The notes beneath the pieces were generated by a model, which did not search any database, was not told the origin of the DNA, and saw nothing but the letters and a program-made list of their open reading frames with translations. Positions 12,326 to 24,312 of a DNA stretch of 41,802 bases are shown here, one piece after another. The first letter of the stretch is position 1. Each line of letters begins with the position of its first letter. The position numbers and the translations under genes were made by a program. The DNA is from Octopus bimaculoides (lineage: Eukaryota): positions 22,008,386-22,050,187 of the forward strand of contig NC_068999.1 of NCBI RefSeq assembly GCF_001194135.2, in the 5' to 3' direction.

Positions 12326-12489
12326 CAAAAGTAAAATAAACTTTAAGTAAAATAAACTTTCAGTTCAAAGTCAGACATTTCATTCTTAATGACTTGATAT
12401 ATATATATATGGCTATACTTAGGAGATTGTATCACCAAAATGAAACTATTCAGCAATTTCTGCAAAAATTTTACATTACTTTAATATCT

Positions 12490-12962
12490 TTTCAGCTCTC
12501 ACATACACAAATATGCATGCATGCTCATAAACACATGCATAAATATACTTACATACACAAATATACATACATACCTACACACATACATACACAAAAAATG
12601 CATAAACATAAGTAATTTTTGAAAATATAAAGGGTGTATTTGTATTTATGTATGTATATGCATATGTATGTTTGTGTGCATGTGTGAGTGTGTGTGTGAA
12701 TGTGTGTTTGAGTGTTTCTCTGTTCAACTTGCTCATGGACATGAAAGACAATGGGAGTACGTGTGTGTGCGCGTGTTTTGTCCAGCAACCACTGCTTAGC
12801 AACAGGTATAGGTTTGTTTACAACTCCGTAACTTAGCAGTTCGGCTAAAAGAGACTGATAGAAAAAGTATCAGCTAAAAAAATTAAGAGTACTCGAGGCG
12901 ATTTGTTTGATTTAACTCATCATGTCGGTGCTCCAGCATTGCCGCAGTGCAAAGACAGAAAC
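12490..12962 (+). repeat. Compound (CA/TA/TG) microsatellite and 3' half of a family 1 SINE
   Basis: Low-complexity tract followed by ccgtaacttagcagttcggctaaaagagactgatag..gtgctccagcat. Confidence 0.75.
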
Positions 12963-13914
12963 TAGTTACAGAAGATGCGTGAATGCGTATGAATGTGTTT
13001 GCGCGCGCGAGTGTGCGTGTGCGTGTGCGTGTGCGTACATGTGCGTGCGTGTTTCAAAAAGCAGACGATGTAAACAAGTGGCATCTTTCTAACAATAGCG
13101 AACCAGGTTTGAGCATTTATGTAAATTATTAATGATCCGAGAATGTTGGCGAACGATCTCAATAACATTTATACACTGATTGCCTTTTTATTTTCGTTTC
13201 GCTGCATGATTTTCAGATAATAATGTTTCACCAATTTTACTAATTATTTCATTATGGATTCTTGAAAGACAGCACACATGAAAGACAAAAGTTAGATGCG
13301 ATGATAAATGATCCCATAATGTTAAGTTTAAAAGAAATCAAGATTTAAAAGATGATTTTATTTTTTTCTCTCTGATATTCGCAATGTTTTAAAGAGGAAA
13401 GACATAAAAACGTTTAATAGAAAATCTGGGCAAAATAAACTGGCAAATAATCAAAATAGGTTTAAATCTATGGCTTGTTGTTATTGTTATTTCTTGACCA
13501 GTTCTGATCGAGCAGGTTTATTGATCAAAGGCGTTCCAGCCCTGACCACATCATCTTGTATATCTCGAACAGACATAGGCAACCTTATTCGAGAAGCGGG
13601 TCGCATGGGATGGGACATGCTTCATCATCTAGCGAGCCACACTACTATAAAAATCCAAGAAAATATTTTGTTAGGCGTGGCATTCAGAAAGTTCCTCGGA
13701 CCACAGTTTACCATTGACTGATCTATGATCATTATCCAATGTCTTCTTCCTTTGTTTTTAATGACAGCACGATTGTAATTTGAGGTAAATTACTCTGTTA
13801 TATCTAACAGAGAGTGAGTCACCCCTTTGATATTTTTCAGTCTACAAGTAGAAAATATAATGATATATTGTTTCCTATTATAATGATAAATTTTTAAATT
13901 ACACTACATTTGAT

Positions 13915-14105
13915 TTTATCCTATTTATGTGGGCATACCTACAAAAGTAGGCATACCTACAAAATATCCTATTTATGTGGGCATACCTACAAAAGTGGGC
14001 ATACCTACAAAATATTCTATTTATGTGGGCATACCTACAAAATATCCTATTTATGTGGGGCATACCTACAAAATATTCTATTTATGTGTGCATACCTACA
14101 AAAGT
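13915..14105. repeat. Minisatellite, 7 copies of core GCATACCTACAAAA with 18- or 30-bp periods
   Basis: Cores start at about 13933, 13951, 13981, 13999, 14029, 14060 and 14090. Confidence 0.95.
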
Positions 14106-14809
14106 GTGTTCCCCCTCCCGACTTTGTTACTACATAACTTTTTTAAGAATGGATACTTTTTGGTGAAATTTTTTACTGATACTTTTCAGATTATATTGGA
14201 ATTTAGAGATTTTATTTGAAAAAAAAAAAAAAATACTGACCACAAATATTTACAAAATGAAAGTTGAAATTTTGAAAAGAATATTTGACGTGAGTCTCCT
14301 TATGTGTGTGTGCTTACCATTTTTTTTTTGTTTTACATTAAATTCCATTTCGCAATTTGAGCAAAATTTTATCAAAATTTTATCAAAAGCATGAATTTTT
14401 TCTGAAAGTTACGAGGAAATAAAATCGAGCTAACGGATGAAGTGAGCTTCTTACTTTTTCTCCTAATCTACAAATAGAAAATATAATGATATATTGTTTG
14501 TTATTGTTATGGTTACTCTTTGAATTATATCTAATTTTATTTTATACCATAAATGGGCAGGAACGTACGTGATACATGCGTATTTGGAATTTCAAATGTC
14601 TTCCATTTCTGAAATATTTTTAGCAGACGATAGCAACATTAGCCCACATACATTCATATACACACATATTCATACATATTTATACACACATTCATACATA
14701 TTTATACACACATACGCAGACACACTCATTCGCTTGCGCACACACGCAAACAAACATTCTCAAAGCCAAGCAAGTTTGTTTCTTTTATAAAGAATAAATC
14801 GTTAAAAGT

Positions 14810-14964
14810 TAGGAATGGCTGTGTAATAAGTTTGCTTCCCAACCACATGGTTACGTTTCAGTCCTACAGCATGATATCTTGGGCAAGTGTCATCTACTAT
14901 GCTCCTGGGCTAATCAAAACCCTGTGAGAAGGATTTAATGGATGGAATACGTCGTGTGTATATA
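14810..14964 (+). mobile_element. SINE family 1, 5' half, truncated at a TA by a mariner end
   Basis: Head and core present; ends in gtcgtgtgtatata directly before the mariner TIR. Confidence 0.7.
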
Positions 14965-16650
14965 CAAGGGGGGACCCAGAAGAAACCGGAATTTTGCAAT
15001 ATTATTTTATTCACTTAGTTTTATATTAAATTCAAATTACGATAAACGTAAACAAACAAATGAAGTTTGCTTTTAGAAGCGTTGGGATGTGATTTTAAAT
15101 TCTCAATCGCACTGTCATGGTATTAGCTGTCAGAAGTGAAAGTAGAAAAATCTGACAAGGAACGTTACTGCTGGTTTGAGTTGATTCTTTGGCTACTGAC
15201 TGGCCGGAGCTATCTTTCTGTCTGTCTGCCTGACTGGCCGGAGCTATCTGTCTGTCTGTCTGCTTCTGTCTATCTTTCACTCGTCCAACTTCGCTTGTTT
15301 CCGTAGAATTTAAACAAATGAAGTTCAGTTTAAAGTTTATAAATAAATATATTTCATTCCATATTGAGTTTAAACTTTATAAATAAATATATTTCATTCC
15401 ATGTTGAGTTTAAACTTTATAAATAAATATATTTTTGCATTATTCATTATTTGTTTTTAAAAACAAATCACATACACCCATCAGCCCCACCACTGCGCGT
15501 AAGTCAAAGTTCTTCACTTTGAAATCAACACGTGAAAAATTTAGTTGAAGGTTTTTCACTTTCGGATTTTTACTATGACTTCTGCATATCGCAGTGTAAA
15601 TGGAATTAATCACCGCGATATTGCCATCGCCACCGCCGCAATAGCAGATAGTATTAATTGGCTTAAGAGACATAGACTTTTAAATACCTAAAAAATATGC
15701 CCCTCGTGTGGCATGATGGAAGTAGCCAAAAATATAGCCTGAACAGGATAAACTACCCCTATGTTTATACTTTTACCGCCTTCAAAGTATTCTCCATTTG
15801 AAGCAATGCATCGGTCCAGACGCGTTTTCCACTGTTTGAAGCAGTCCTGTGCCATTTAACGTCTGTCGTTTTTTTTCTTCTCCTCTTCCACATCTGCGAA
15901 ACGTTTTTCCATTAAGGGCTTTTTTCATTCGAGGGAACAAAAAATGTCGCAGGGAGCAAGACCGAGTGAATAAGGAGGGGGGTCATGCCATTTTTGGTCA
16001 AAAACTGTCTCGCACTCAAGGCGGTGGGCACAGGCGCATTGTCGTGATGAAACCATCCCACTCCACTTTATCACTGGACAATTTTTTTTGCATCGATGAA
16101 ACAGATCATCATCATCTTGACATTGGACTACACTTGACATGCTTTTTTGGGGCGTGGTAACATTGAATGCTTCCATTAACTTGATTGCTATTTCGTTTCC
16201 AGGTTGTAGCCATAGCACCAGCTTTTGCCACCAGTGATGACCTTCGAAGAAAGGTCTAGATCAACTTCCAACTATTCTTTCAGTTCATGACATGCATTCA
16301 GTTGTGAATGCTTTTGATCTTCTGTGAGCAAGTGAGGCACAAATTTTGCTGCAACTTTTTTCATTCACAATTCTTGACTCAAAATTCATTGGCAGGAGCT
16401 CCAGGACACAGTAGTCATATCAACAAGGTCTTCAATTGTTCAGCAACAGTCCTCCAAGATCAGTTCATGAATTTTTGTGATGTTTTCATTGATTCAGGAG
16501 GTCAACAGTTACCTTGAATGGGGTTGGTCTTCAAGCAACTAATACCCATTCCTAAAGCGTGAAAACCACTCGTAAACTTGTGTTTTGCTTATGGCAGCAT
16601 CCTTGTAAGCTGTTTGAGACATGACAACTGTTTCAGCTGCCGTTTTCCCC
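14965..16650 (-). mobile_element. Mariner transposon, 5'-truncated, carrying a 700-bp insert
   Basis: TA plus TIR-like caaggggggacccagaagaaaccggaatt at 14965. Minus-strand peptides GKTAAETVVM..KTQVYEWFSRFRNG, PPYSLGLAPCD and QDCFKQWKTRLDRCIASNGEYFEG. Confidence 0.85.
15048..15746 (+). mobile_element. Merlin/IS1595(ISXO2)-like 5' fragment inserted in the mariner 3'UTR
   Basis: Flanked by GATAAAC direct repeats (15041-15047, 15747-15753). Internal 40-bp and about 30-bp tandem repeats. + strand peptide INWLKRHRLLNT*KICPSCGMM (CxxC). Confidence 0.45.
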
Positions 16651-17545
16651 ATAGAACCACATCTGGCCTCAGTGTTGTATGGATAATTTGGGGAAACTGC
16701 AGTCTCTCTCCTAGGCCCACTTTCATAACCTATGATTGGCCTCTCTCCTTTTTCATGAATTCATTGAACTTCACAATGATGTTTCTTGATCCACTCCTGC
16801 TTCAAGATGTAAGCAAGTGTTGCAAGCACTCTACCATGGTGCCACTTATATCTTCTTTGAAAAAGTGCTATTCTGCACCCTGGCAAGGTGTGTGCCAGCT
16901 TGCCCCTTTCTACGTAAAGTCTACACAGCTGGTCTTCCCTCAATCTTCACCCATGCAGGTTTGTTGGTGTTGGGAGTGTGTCATATACCATCTGCAGCAG
17001 GAGTGAGATGCAGAAAGGTTCCAGTTTCCACAGGTCTGTTCATGTGATCTTCTTAGGGAGGTCCCATTTAGTCCAGGCATCCTGAGATATCAGCTCCACA
17101 GCTCTTGACCTTCTTTCTTCCTCCTGGTTCTATACTTCTGCCTGGATCATGGCCCTCCTTTCCCTGATGTCTGCCTTCTTCCATTGTTGGAAACGGAAAG
17201 AACTGAAACCCTACATGTGACCTCTGCATGTAACTCCAATGATGTTATGTAGCTCCAGCATGCCTTCAGCCACAGGGACTGTGGTACTAGCTACCCACTT
17301 TCGCCTGGACCTTATTGTAATACCTACATGTCTGACAAGCTCATCCTGCAAGTTCCTGTACATCATTACAACTTTACATTTTGTGACTTTGAATTCTTCC
17401 ACTATGGATTACAGGGTGAGTTGTAGCTGTCTAGTTGTTATGCTTATTGAAGTGAAGCTTCAGGAACACCTAACCACCTTCGGTGGTATTTATTTACCTT
17501 CCTTTCCACCCTTGTCATTGGAATCTCATATTGTGTCAATAACCA
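16650..17545 (-). mobile_element. HERO/NeSL-type (R2 superfamily) non-LTR retrotransposon, C-terminal fragment
   Basis: YEIP..RKVNKYHRRWLGVP, EEFKVTK..RKWVA, VYDTLPTPTNLH, CRL..HTLPGC..YKWHHGRVL (zinc knuckle) and TTLRPDVVL (RLE PD motif). Confidence 0.85.
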
Positions 17546-17922
17546 TATGAGTCTTGGAAGCAGTGTGCGGTTAAGAAGTTCACTCTGCAACCATGTGATT
17601 TCACTGCATGGCTCCATAGCCCCAGTCCAACCTATGCCTTGTGAGTGGATTTGGTCAGTGAAAACTGTGAGGAGGCTCATTGTATATATCTATGTGTGTG
17701 TGTTCATGTTTATCTTTGTATCTGTGTTTGCACCCCTCCCCCATTACTTGGTATTGGGTCATTTACATCCCTGTAACTTCGCTGTTCATCAATGCAGACT
17801 GATGGAATAAGAAACAAATTTAAAAAGTAAATACTAGTGGTGGGGTGTGATCTGTATGACTAAAACTCTTTAAGGCAGTGCTCCAGCATGACTGCAGTCC
17901 AATGATTGAAATAAGTAAAAGA
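17546..17922 (+). mobile_element. SINE family 1
   Basis: Head, gtgagtggatttggt body, microsatellite and ctccagcatg..aagtaaaag tail. Confidence 0.8.
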
Positions 17923-18049
17923 AGACCTGCAATTACGGAGACCTCTGACGGGCCAAGTCTTTAAATTTGCCGAGAGAGCTTTAGTAATTTTTGCTTGCAT
18001 TTTTCACATATATGAAATTTGCATGTATAAAATTGAATTCAGTATTGTG

Positions 18050-19020
18050 TTATGTTGCAGATGCCATTTTCTAGACATACAACAACAACAAAAGAAACTT
18101 TAATTTGAGAACAAACTACACTACTTTGCATTTATAGATCTACAGAAGGCCTTTTGCACTCTCAAGTCATTTCAGCACTAAAGAAACTAAATAAAGATGA
18201 ATGCTCTATCAGAGCCTTGCAGGTCATATATGAGGGTGACTGTAGCAAAGTTAGGTTTGGGAGCTAGTTCAATGAAGTATATAATGAGTATCCAGGTTTT
18301 CATTGGGTTTCTGTTTCCTGAACTCTTCTGGTTTTCATAGTACAATTGCTTTATATGTAGGAAAGGAATAGGTAGGAACTCAATACTAAACACTCAGTGA
18401 AAATAAGGATGTTCAACAGATGCTATGGACTCTCTGTCAAGCTGGCAGTAAAACAGGACTTCAGATGTGTTAGATGCACAGTAGGTAGTCAGCTGTAGAA
18501 CTACAAATAAAAATGTGTCCCTGAACTCCTCAGATGGTTTATAAAACATTTATAATTTCTGTTTTGAAGATTATCTAATTAGTGCTTGAAGTAGTTGTGG
18601 TGAAAATATTGCCTGAGTAAGAGAGGTTGAAGTGCTTGGAACTGTTGTTTCTATTTGTAATGAAAGTTGTCTCTTTTCAAGTAAAAGACAAGGTATTATG
18701 AAGAATGTGAGAAAAGTGTAATGTTACAGAATGGTGGGACATAAGCACTGAATGAAGGTTTGTGGAAGATGGAGAGAAATGGCATGCTGGAAGGGAAATT
18801 TTAACATGAATGAAAAAGACAAAGCATAAGTGAGCCAAGAAAGCTGTCAGAGATGAAACACATTATTCATAGTGTGTTGGTGAGTTACCAGTGATGATAT
18901 CAACATGAGATGCAAATGGATGAAAGGTTAATGTGTAACATGGTAGTGAGCAATATCAGTGGTAAGTATCTCTAGGAAAGGAAGATGTGGGAAACATGTA
19001 GGATCATGGGATTCACAGGA
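18050..19020 (+). mobile_element. Highly decayed RTE-type reverse transcriptase remnants
   Basis: DAIF..LHYFAFIDLQKAF-like segment at about 18060-18155 and post-RT remnants at about 18620-18790. Confidence 0.5.
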
Positions 19021-19074
19021 CATTACATGTAGCCAGAGCAAGTAGTTACTTGCTACATGAATTCCTATCTAAGC

Positions 19075-19371
19075 CATGGGTTTTCAAACTGTGGTCCGCG
19101 GACCACAGGGGGTCCGCAAGGACAAGACAGGGGGTCCATGGACAGCAAATACTTTTTATGGGCAATTTGATTTTATATATGTTTTTTAATCGAAATCTTT
19201 TAATTGACAATAAACCTATTTGTTAAATACTGTTAAATAAATAAATGTAAAAATATATGTTATTTTAAGCAAATAATTATGTGTAAATTTCATAAGCGTT
19301 TATAAGGGGGTCCCTAAGGTAAAGCCTGAAATATAAAGGGGTCCGCAAGTCAAAAAGTTTGAAAACCCCTG
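19075..19371. mobile_element. hAT (Charlie-type) MITE
   Basis: TIRs catgggttttcaaact / agtttgaaaacccctg (15/16), 8-bp TSD atctaagc/atctaacc. Confidence 0.9.
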
Positions 19372-19407
19372 ATCTAACCATTTGAATATTAAAAACAGAT
19401 GTTAAAA

Positions 19408-19545
19408 NNNNNNNNNNNNNNNNNNNNNNNNNNNNNNNNNNNNNNNNNNNNNNNNNNNNNNNNNNNNNNNNNNNNNNNNNNNNNNNNNNNNNNNNNNNNN
19501 NNNNNNNNNNNNNNNNNNNNNNNNNNNNNNNNNNNNNNNNNNNNN
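19408..19545. other. Assembly gap (N run) about 250 bp upstream of the SHOC1 ATG
   Basis: Run of N. Confidence 1.
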
Positions 19546-19792
19546 TCTTTGAGCTAAAGTAAAATAATTTTTTAAAAAGTCTTTATTTTTAATGCTCCTG
19601 ATCTACTTAATTTTTAACATGTAAAATATTATAATTTTCAAATTTTGAAAAAGCCTGGGAATCATAATTATACAATTCTTTTGAATTCTAGACTTGAACA
19701 TGTGTTGAAAACTAGCAATCGATTTGAAAGACCTGCTAATGAACTGACATTTTATGATAATTGTACTTACTATTTTCTGACTGACAACTATT

Positions 19793-19828
19793 ATGCCTCA
19801 ATTCTTAGGAATTGATTATTTTCAACAT
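19793..19828 (+). CDS. SHOC1: SHOC1-like gene, coding exon 1 (MPQFLGIDYFQH)
   Basis: ATG at 19793, GTAAGT donor at 19829, phase 0. Resembles the SHOC1 N-termini as I recall them (human ..AIDYL.., Arabidopsis MRTRFLNIDYF). A possible upstream acceptor ttctag at 19691 suggests a 5'UTR portion. Confidence 0.75.
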
Positions 19829-20994
19829 GTAAGTAAATTTTTTTTTCTAATAAATTAATCTAAATAATTTATAATTATTGTTCATATATCATGAAAGAAG
19901 TGAAAAATATCTTAGATGTGATTGCTCTTTACATTACAACTGTAGGCGATAGTGAAACTCAAATTAAGTTCTTAACAATAATTTATTGATTTTTATTGAA
20001 GAAGGAGTAATTGCTTGTTTTTCAGAATATGAAACACTCAAATGAAATAGATATTTGTATGGGTTTAATTTGAAATCTTATACTTTCAAAACAGTTTATT
20101 GTTTAATCTGAAACATCCTGCTGAATCATGTATTGAGGTCTTAGGTTTTGATATATTTAGACAATATGTTTTAAATGAAAACAAGCACACTTTCTCAATT
20201 GATCAATATTGAAGGAAACTTACCTCATAATCATCAATATTTTGTGTTTCTTATATTTTTGTTTTGTGTCCTTTTTCTTTATGAACAGGACATTATTTTA
20301 AAGATTTAGGCATTTGCATATTGTCAGAGCAATTATTTTTGCAGCTGGCAGCGTGCCCTATTACCAACTATGAAGCAAATATGGAATCTGATAAGACAAA
20401 CTGTGGCCAGTACAGTTAGTTATATAAATTTCTCAGAAGCTTATTTTCTAACGAGAGTCACCTCCCAACAATATATTATACTATTTAAGGAAAGAAATAT
20501 TTACAGCATTATGATTTGACTGAATACTGGATAGTTAATAATCAAAGCAAATTATAAAAGTTCTTGAGGATATTATAATTAAAATATTGTTTTTGTAAAT
20601 GTTATATTTAGGTAATGTAGTGACCACCAGAGAAATCAAGTAATATAAGTATTTATATACTGCATACCTTGATATTGTATTTTGATTTTAAGTTTTGCAT
20701 TTTACATCTTTCTTTTTATTCTGTCACACTCTTTAAAATAGTTATATTTGTGCCATCATCTATTGTAAATGAAATAATTGGGGGAAAAAGTTCTATAAAT
20801 TTGTCCAAATATTTTAAATGAGTTGTTATTAATAAGACTATCATTTCTCAAACTTATCTGTAATGATGAAAAATTATTTGATATTTGCATCTGCACTGTA
20901 TTCTAATTGCTTGCATCAATGCCGTAGTGGATAAGAATGGTGTTACTATTAGTTTAGTAATTTTGATTCTTAGTTCACATTTGTATCTTGTGTA

Positions 20995-21150
20995 CAGGGG
21001 TGGAGTGAGCCATTGGTCAATCGGGCACTGCCCTAGGGTCCAGAACTCAGAGAGGCCCACACCCTACATGTTAACTCTACTGATATCAATGCTAAGGGGC
21101 CAGGTAAACAGTTATGCTCGAGGGCCCTTATTACTCTCAGTCCACCCCTG
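20995..21150. mobile_element. 156-bp hAT-type MITE in SHOC1 intron 1
   Basis: TIRs caggggtggagtgag / ctcagtccacccctg (14/15), 8-bp TSD cttgtgta/cttgtgca. Confidence 0.85.
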
Positions 21151-21467
21151 CTTGTGCACATCCAGTAATAATAATCTTAATGGTCAGAGTTTAAACTGAT
21201 CAAAATGTTTTGTGGATGTAAATACTGAAATAGTCAAATAGTTTGTTTATTGAGTCCCATAAAATGAATTTGTTTCAATTACAGATTTTAAGTTGAATAA
21301 ATGTAACAAAAGCAAAGTTTGAAGGAAATATTAGCCCTTTTTCTTACTTTCTAGGGGTAAGCAAAGTGGAAATAACAATTGCTACCCACAAACAAAAATT
21401 GTTTCACTCAGTATAATAGAGAAGTTTAATAAACTGAGGAATTTCAGTTGTTTTTATCATCCTATAG

Positions 21468-21602
<135 letters not shown>

Positions 21603-23414
21603 TAAAGTTATTTTACATCAAGTATTATTATAAATACTGATTTTATGTACTAAAATGTATGGTTTATCATTAACGTAATTATTTAGGATTTAATACCTAC
21701 CTTAGCATAATGGCATGGGTTAGACTGATTTCCTAAGATAACATACACATATATGTGTATCATATGTTAATCTGTTTGAGAAGACTACATTTCTTATGTC
21801 TTGCTTAGCTTATTTATACCAAGTTTTAATTACTCTATGTACTATGTTATTAAGTCAAGGAAGCTCTTCTGCCACCATGCATCATCTGTTCACATTACAT
21901 TTGCCTAAGTTACTAAAGTCTGAAAACTGAAGGAAAATAACAATTCTGAAAACCAAGTGCAGTAGTATCATGTAGATCCATACTTTCCTGTGTACTCCCT
22001 CAAATGTTTTAGAAAAGTCTGATCTTTGACATTACTAACCAGCACCCCCACTTCTCTAAACCACAGAACAGATTTAGAACACCACACTCAATCACTATTC
22101 TACTTACAAACCTAACAAGTGATGGTTTAAACAACAAAAATGCTCCTTTCTATCACAACATCAGCAAAGTTTATAACTCCATTTTGATCAGATTTTTGAC
22201 TTTTAGGTTTTAAATGAATTCTGTAATGAGAACAACATCATTTGCATGTTGACACTCTCATAAGTATATGTTCCTGAACTTATTTGTAATGACCTTAGTA
22301 GTAAAGATAAGAGAGATAGTTGAGAATTGATCACTAACAGACATTCATCTCTATCTTAAACTTCTTAATGATTACTGTAACTCTGCTTTTATCATTTATT
22401 ATACACGAGTTTAAAAGTCGCACTCTGTGCAGATTTTTAAGCTAGCTTCTATGGAGGGCTAATTGGGTCTGCAGCCCAAAACTGATGAGAGCCAAATAGC
22501 ATGACTATAGTATGTATATAATGATTATATATCCTGGTGGTGCTTGATCAGAGGTTAAGGACAGATGAGAATTAACTCTATAATGCAATCATTATATTGT
22601 TCCAGTCCCAAGTGGAATCCCAACTGTTGGCCAATTTGTTCAAAGTTCTTAACTTGATGTAAAATTAATTAAGTGAATATCATTTATCTCCCCCTTGATC
22701 TCTGACCCCCATCTGACAAATGTCAACCGAGGTGGTATGAATCAGCCAAGTTTTACCTGCTAAAAATAGCAACCCAAATGCTTTTAAATCAGATTCCAAT
22801 GCTGGATGTTCAAGAACTAAATGAAGAGCAGATTTTCAATTTTGGGATCATCCTGATTCCTAAAAGACATATGTCTATATAGAGCAAGTGTAGACTGAGA
22901 TACAGGGGTCCCAGACAGACAGAATTTCGCTTTTATCATTATAGATGACATCATGGAGTGGGTTTGGTCTCACTGTGAGAACATTGTCAGCTAATGGATG
23001 TTCTATGTTAGAGTTGTGAGTGAAATTAGTTGACAGGTGTGTGTATGTGTGTGTGTGTGTGTCTCTGCATGTGTGTCTGAGTGCATGCATGTGTTTGTGT
23101 GAGTGAGGTGAGTGAGGTTAACTGAGGGTATCCGCTTGGATAATATATCCTTCCAGTTTCACACACACACACATATTTAATCACTGTCATCATGTATATA
23201 TGTATGCATTTATGTATATATGTATGTACATACATATATATGTATGTATTTATGTATATATGTATGTACATACATACCTGTGTGTGTGTGCATTTGTGAA
23301 TAAATTTCTCTTGCTCTCCATAGTCATATATTCTATCTCAAAATACAGCACACATGCTTTAATATTAAAAAAAATATTTAGTTTCTTTATTCACAAATTG
23401 TTGCTTTTGTTTAA

Positions 23415-23534
<120 letters not shown>

Positions 23535-23672
23535 TAAGTATACTTTGAAAATTATTGATACAAATATTAATTGAAATCATGCATGTGTGTGTATGTGTGT
23601 GTGAGTATACATAATATTATCTCTCCCATCCCCTCACTGGGCCATCAGTTTCTGTCCTCATGCACCTACGCT

Positions 23673-23709
<37 letters not shown>

Positions 23710-24085
23710 TGCTTTCCTTTACCTTATCCAAACATGTCATCTCTCTCTTCTCCTCCCCATGTCAACTGTGTCGTCATTGCTATCCTGTTGCTCTTCTCTT
23801 CTTACATCTCTCTACTTCCTCAATTCAGGCACCATTGGCAATTCCCACCCCCACAGCCACCCTTCAACCCAACCCAGCTCAATCCTTACAGATGTTGCGT
23901 ACCTCCCCTTTTCCATTTCCTTCCATCTCTTCCCCACCATATATGTTTGCAAACCCCCACCTACTTCTTGTCTCTCTATCCCACTCACTTCTGTTCACCT
24001 TTTGCCTTGCGGTGTCATCTGGACACCTCATCACAATTTATTGATTTCTTTTCAGCTACTATTGGCTCATTCCCAACTCTTTTAA

Positions 24086-24312
24086 CCCTTCAGTATTCAG
24101 ATTACTCTGTCAAATATAATGTTGGTTTATTTATATTGTTCTGAATTAATCATGCATTATCTTGAGGTTTAGAGACTTCTATGATGCAACTGTTTAGTTT
24201 TAGAATGACATTGTAGGGTTGAGGTGAGAGGCCGGATCTGGCCAGTTTCAGATATTTAAAATTAAATATTTAAATATTTTTGCTTGATATGGCTGGTTTG
24301 AATGTTAAAGGG
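24086..24312. mobile_element. piggyBac-type MITE family A
   Basis: TTAA-CCCTT...AAGGG-TTAA; homologous to 35787-36029 and to a right-half remnant at about 2600-2712. Confidence 0.8.

Noticed and set aside
13910-14219. Repeat-protein-like ORFs and a CRISPR-like repeat/spacer look
   Set aside because: The spacers are themselves repeated, the context is eukaryotic and there are no cas genes; it is a minisatellite.
15440-15673. 77-aa minus-strand ORF as the first exon of a divergent gene
   Set aside because: It lies inside the insert bounded by direct repeats, no downstream minus-strand exon chain was found, and the + strand gives a transposase-like peptide.
20026-20062. Small exon NMKHSNEIDI in SHOC1 intron 1
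   Set aside because: Both possible donors give phase 1, which is incompatible with phase-0 exon 2; exons 1 and 2 already join cleanly.
23571-24144. Three overlapping ORFs of more than 130 aa
   Set aside because: Pyrimidine-rich low-complexity sequence with (TC)n that lacks stop codons by composition.
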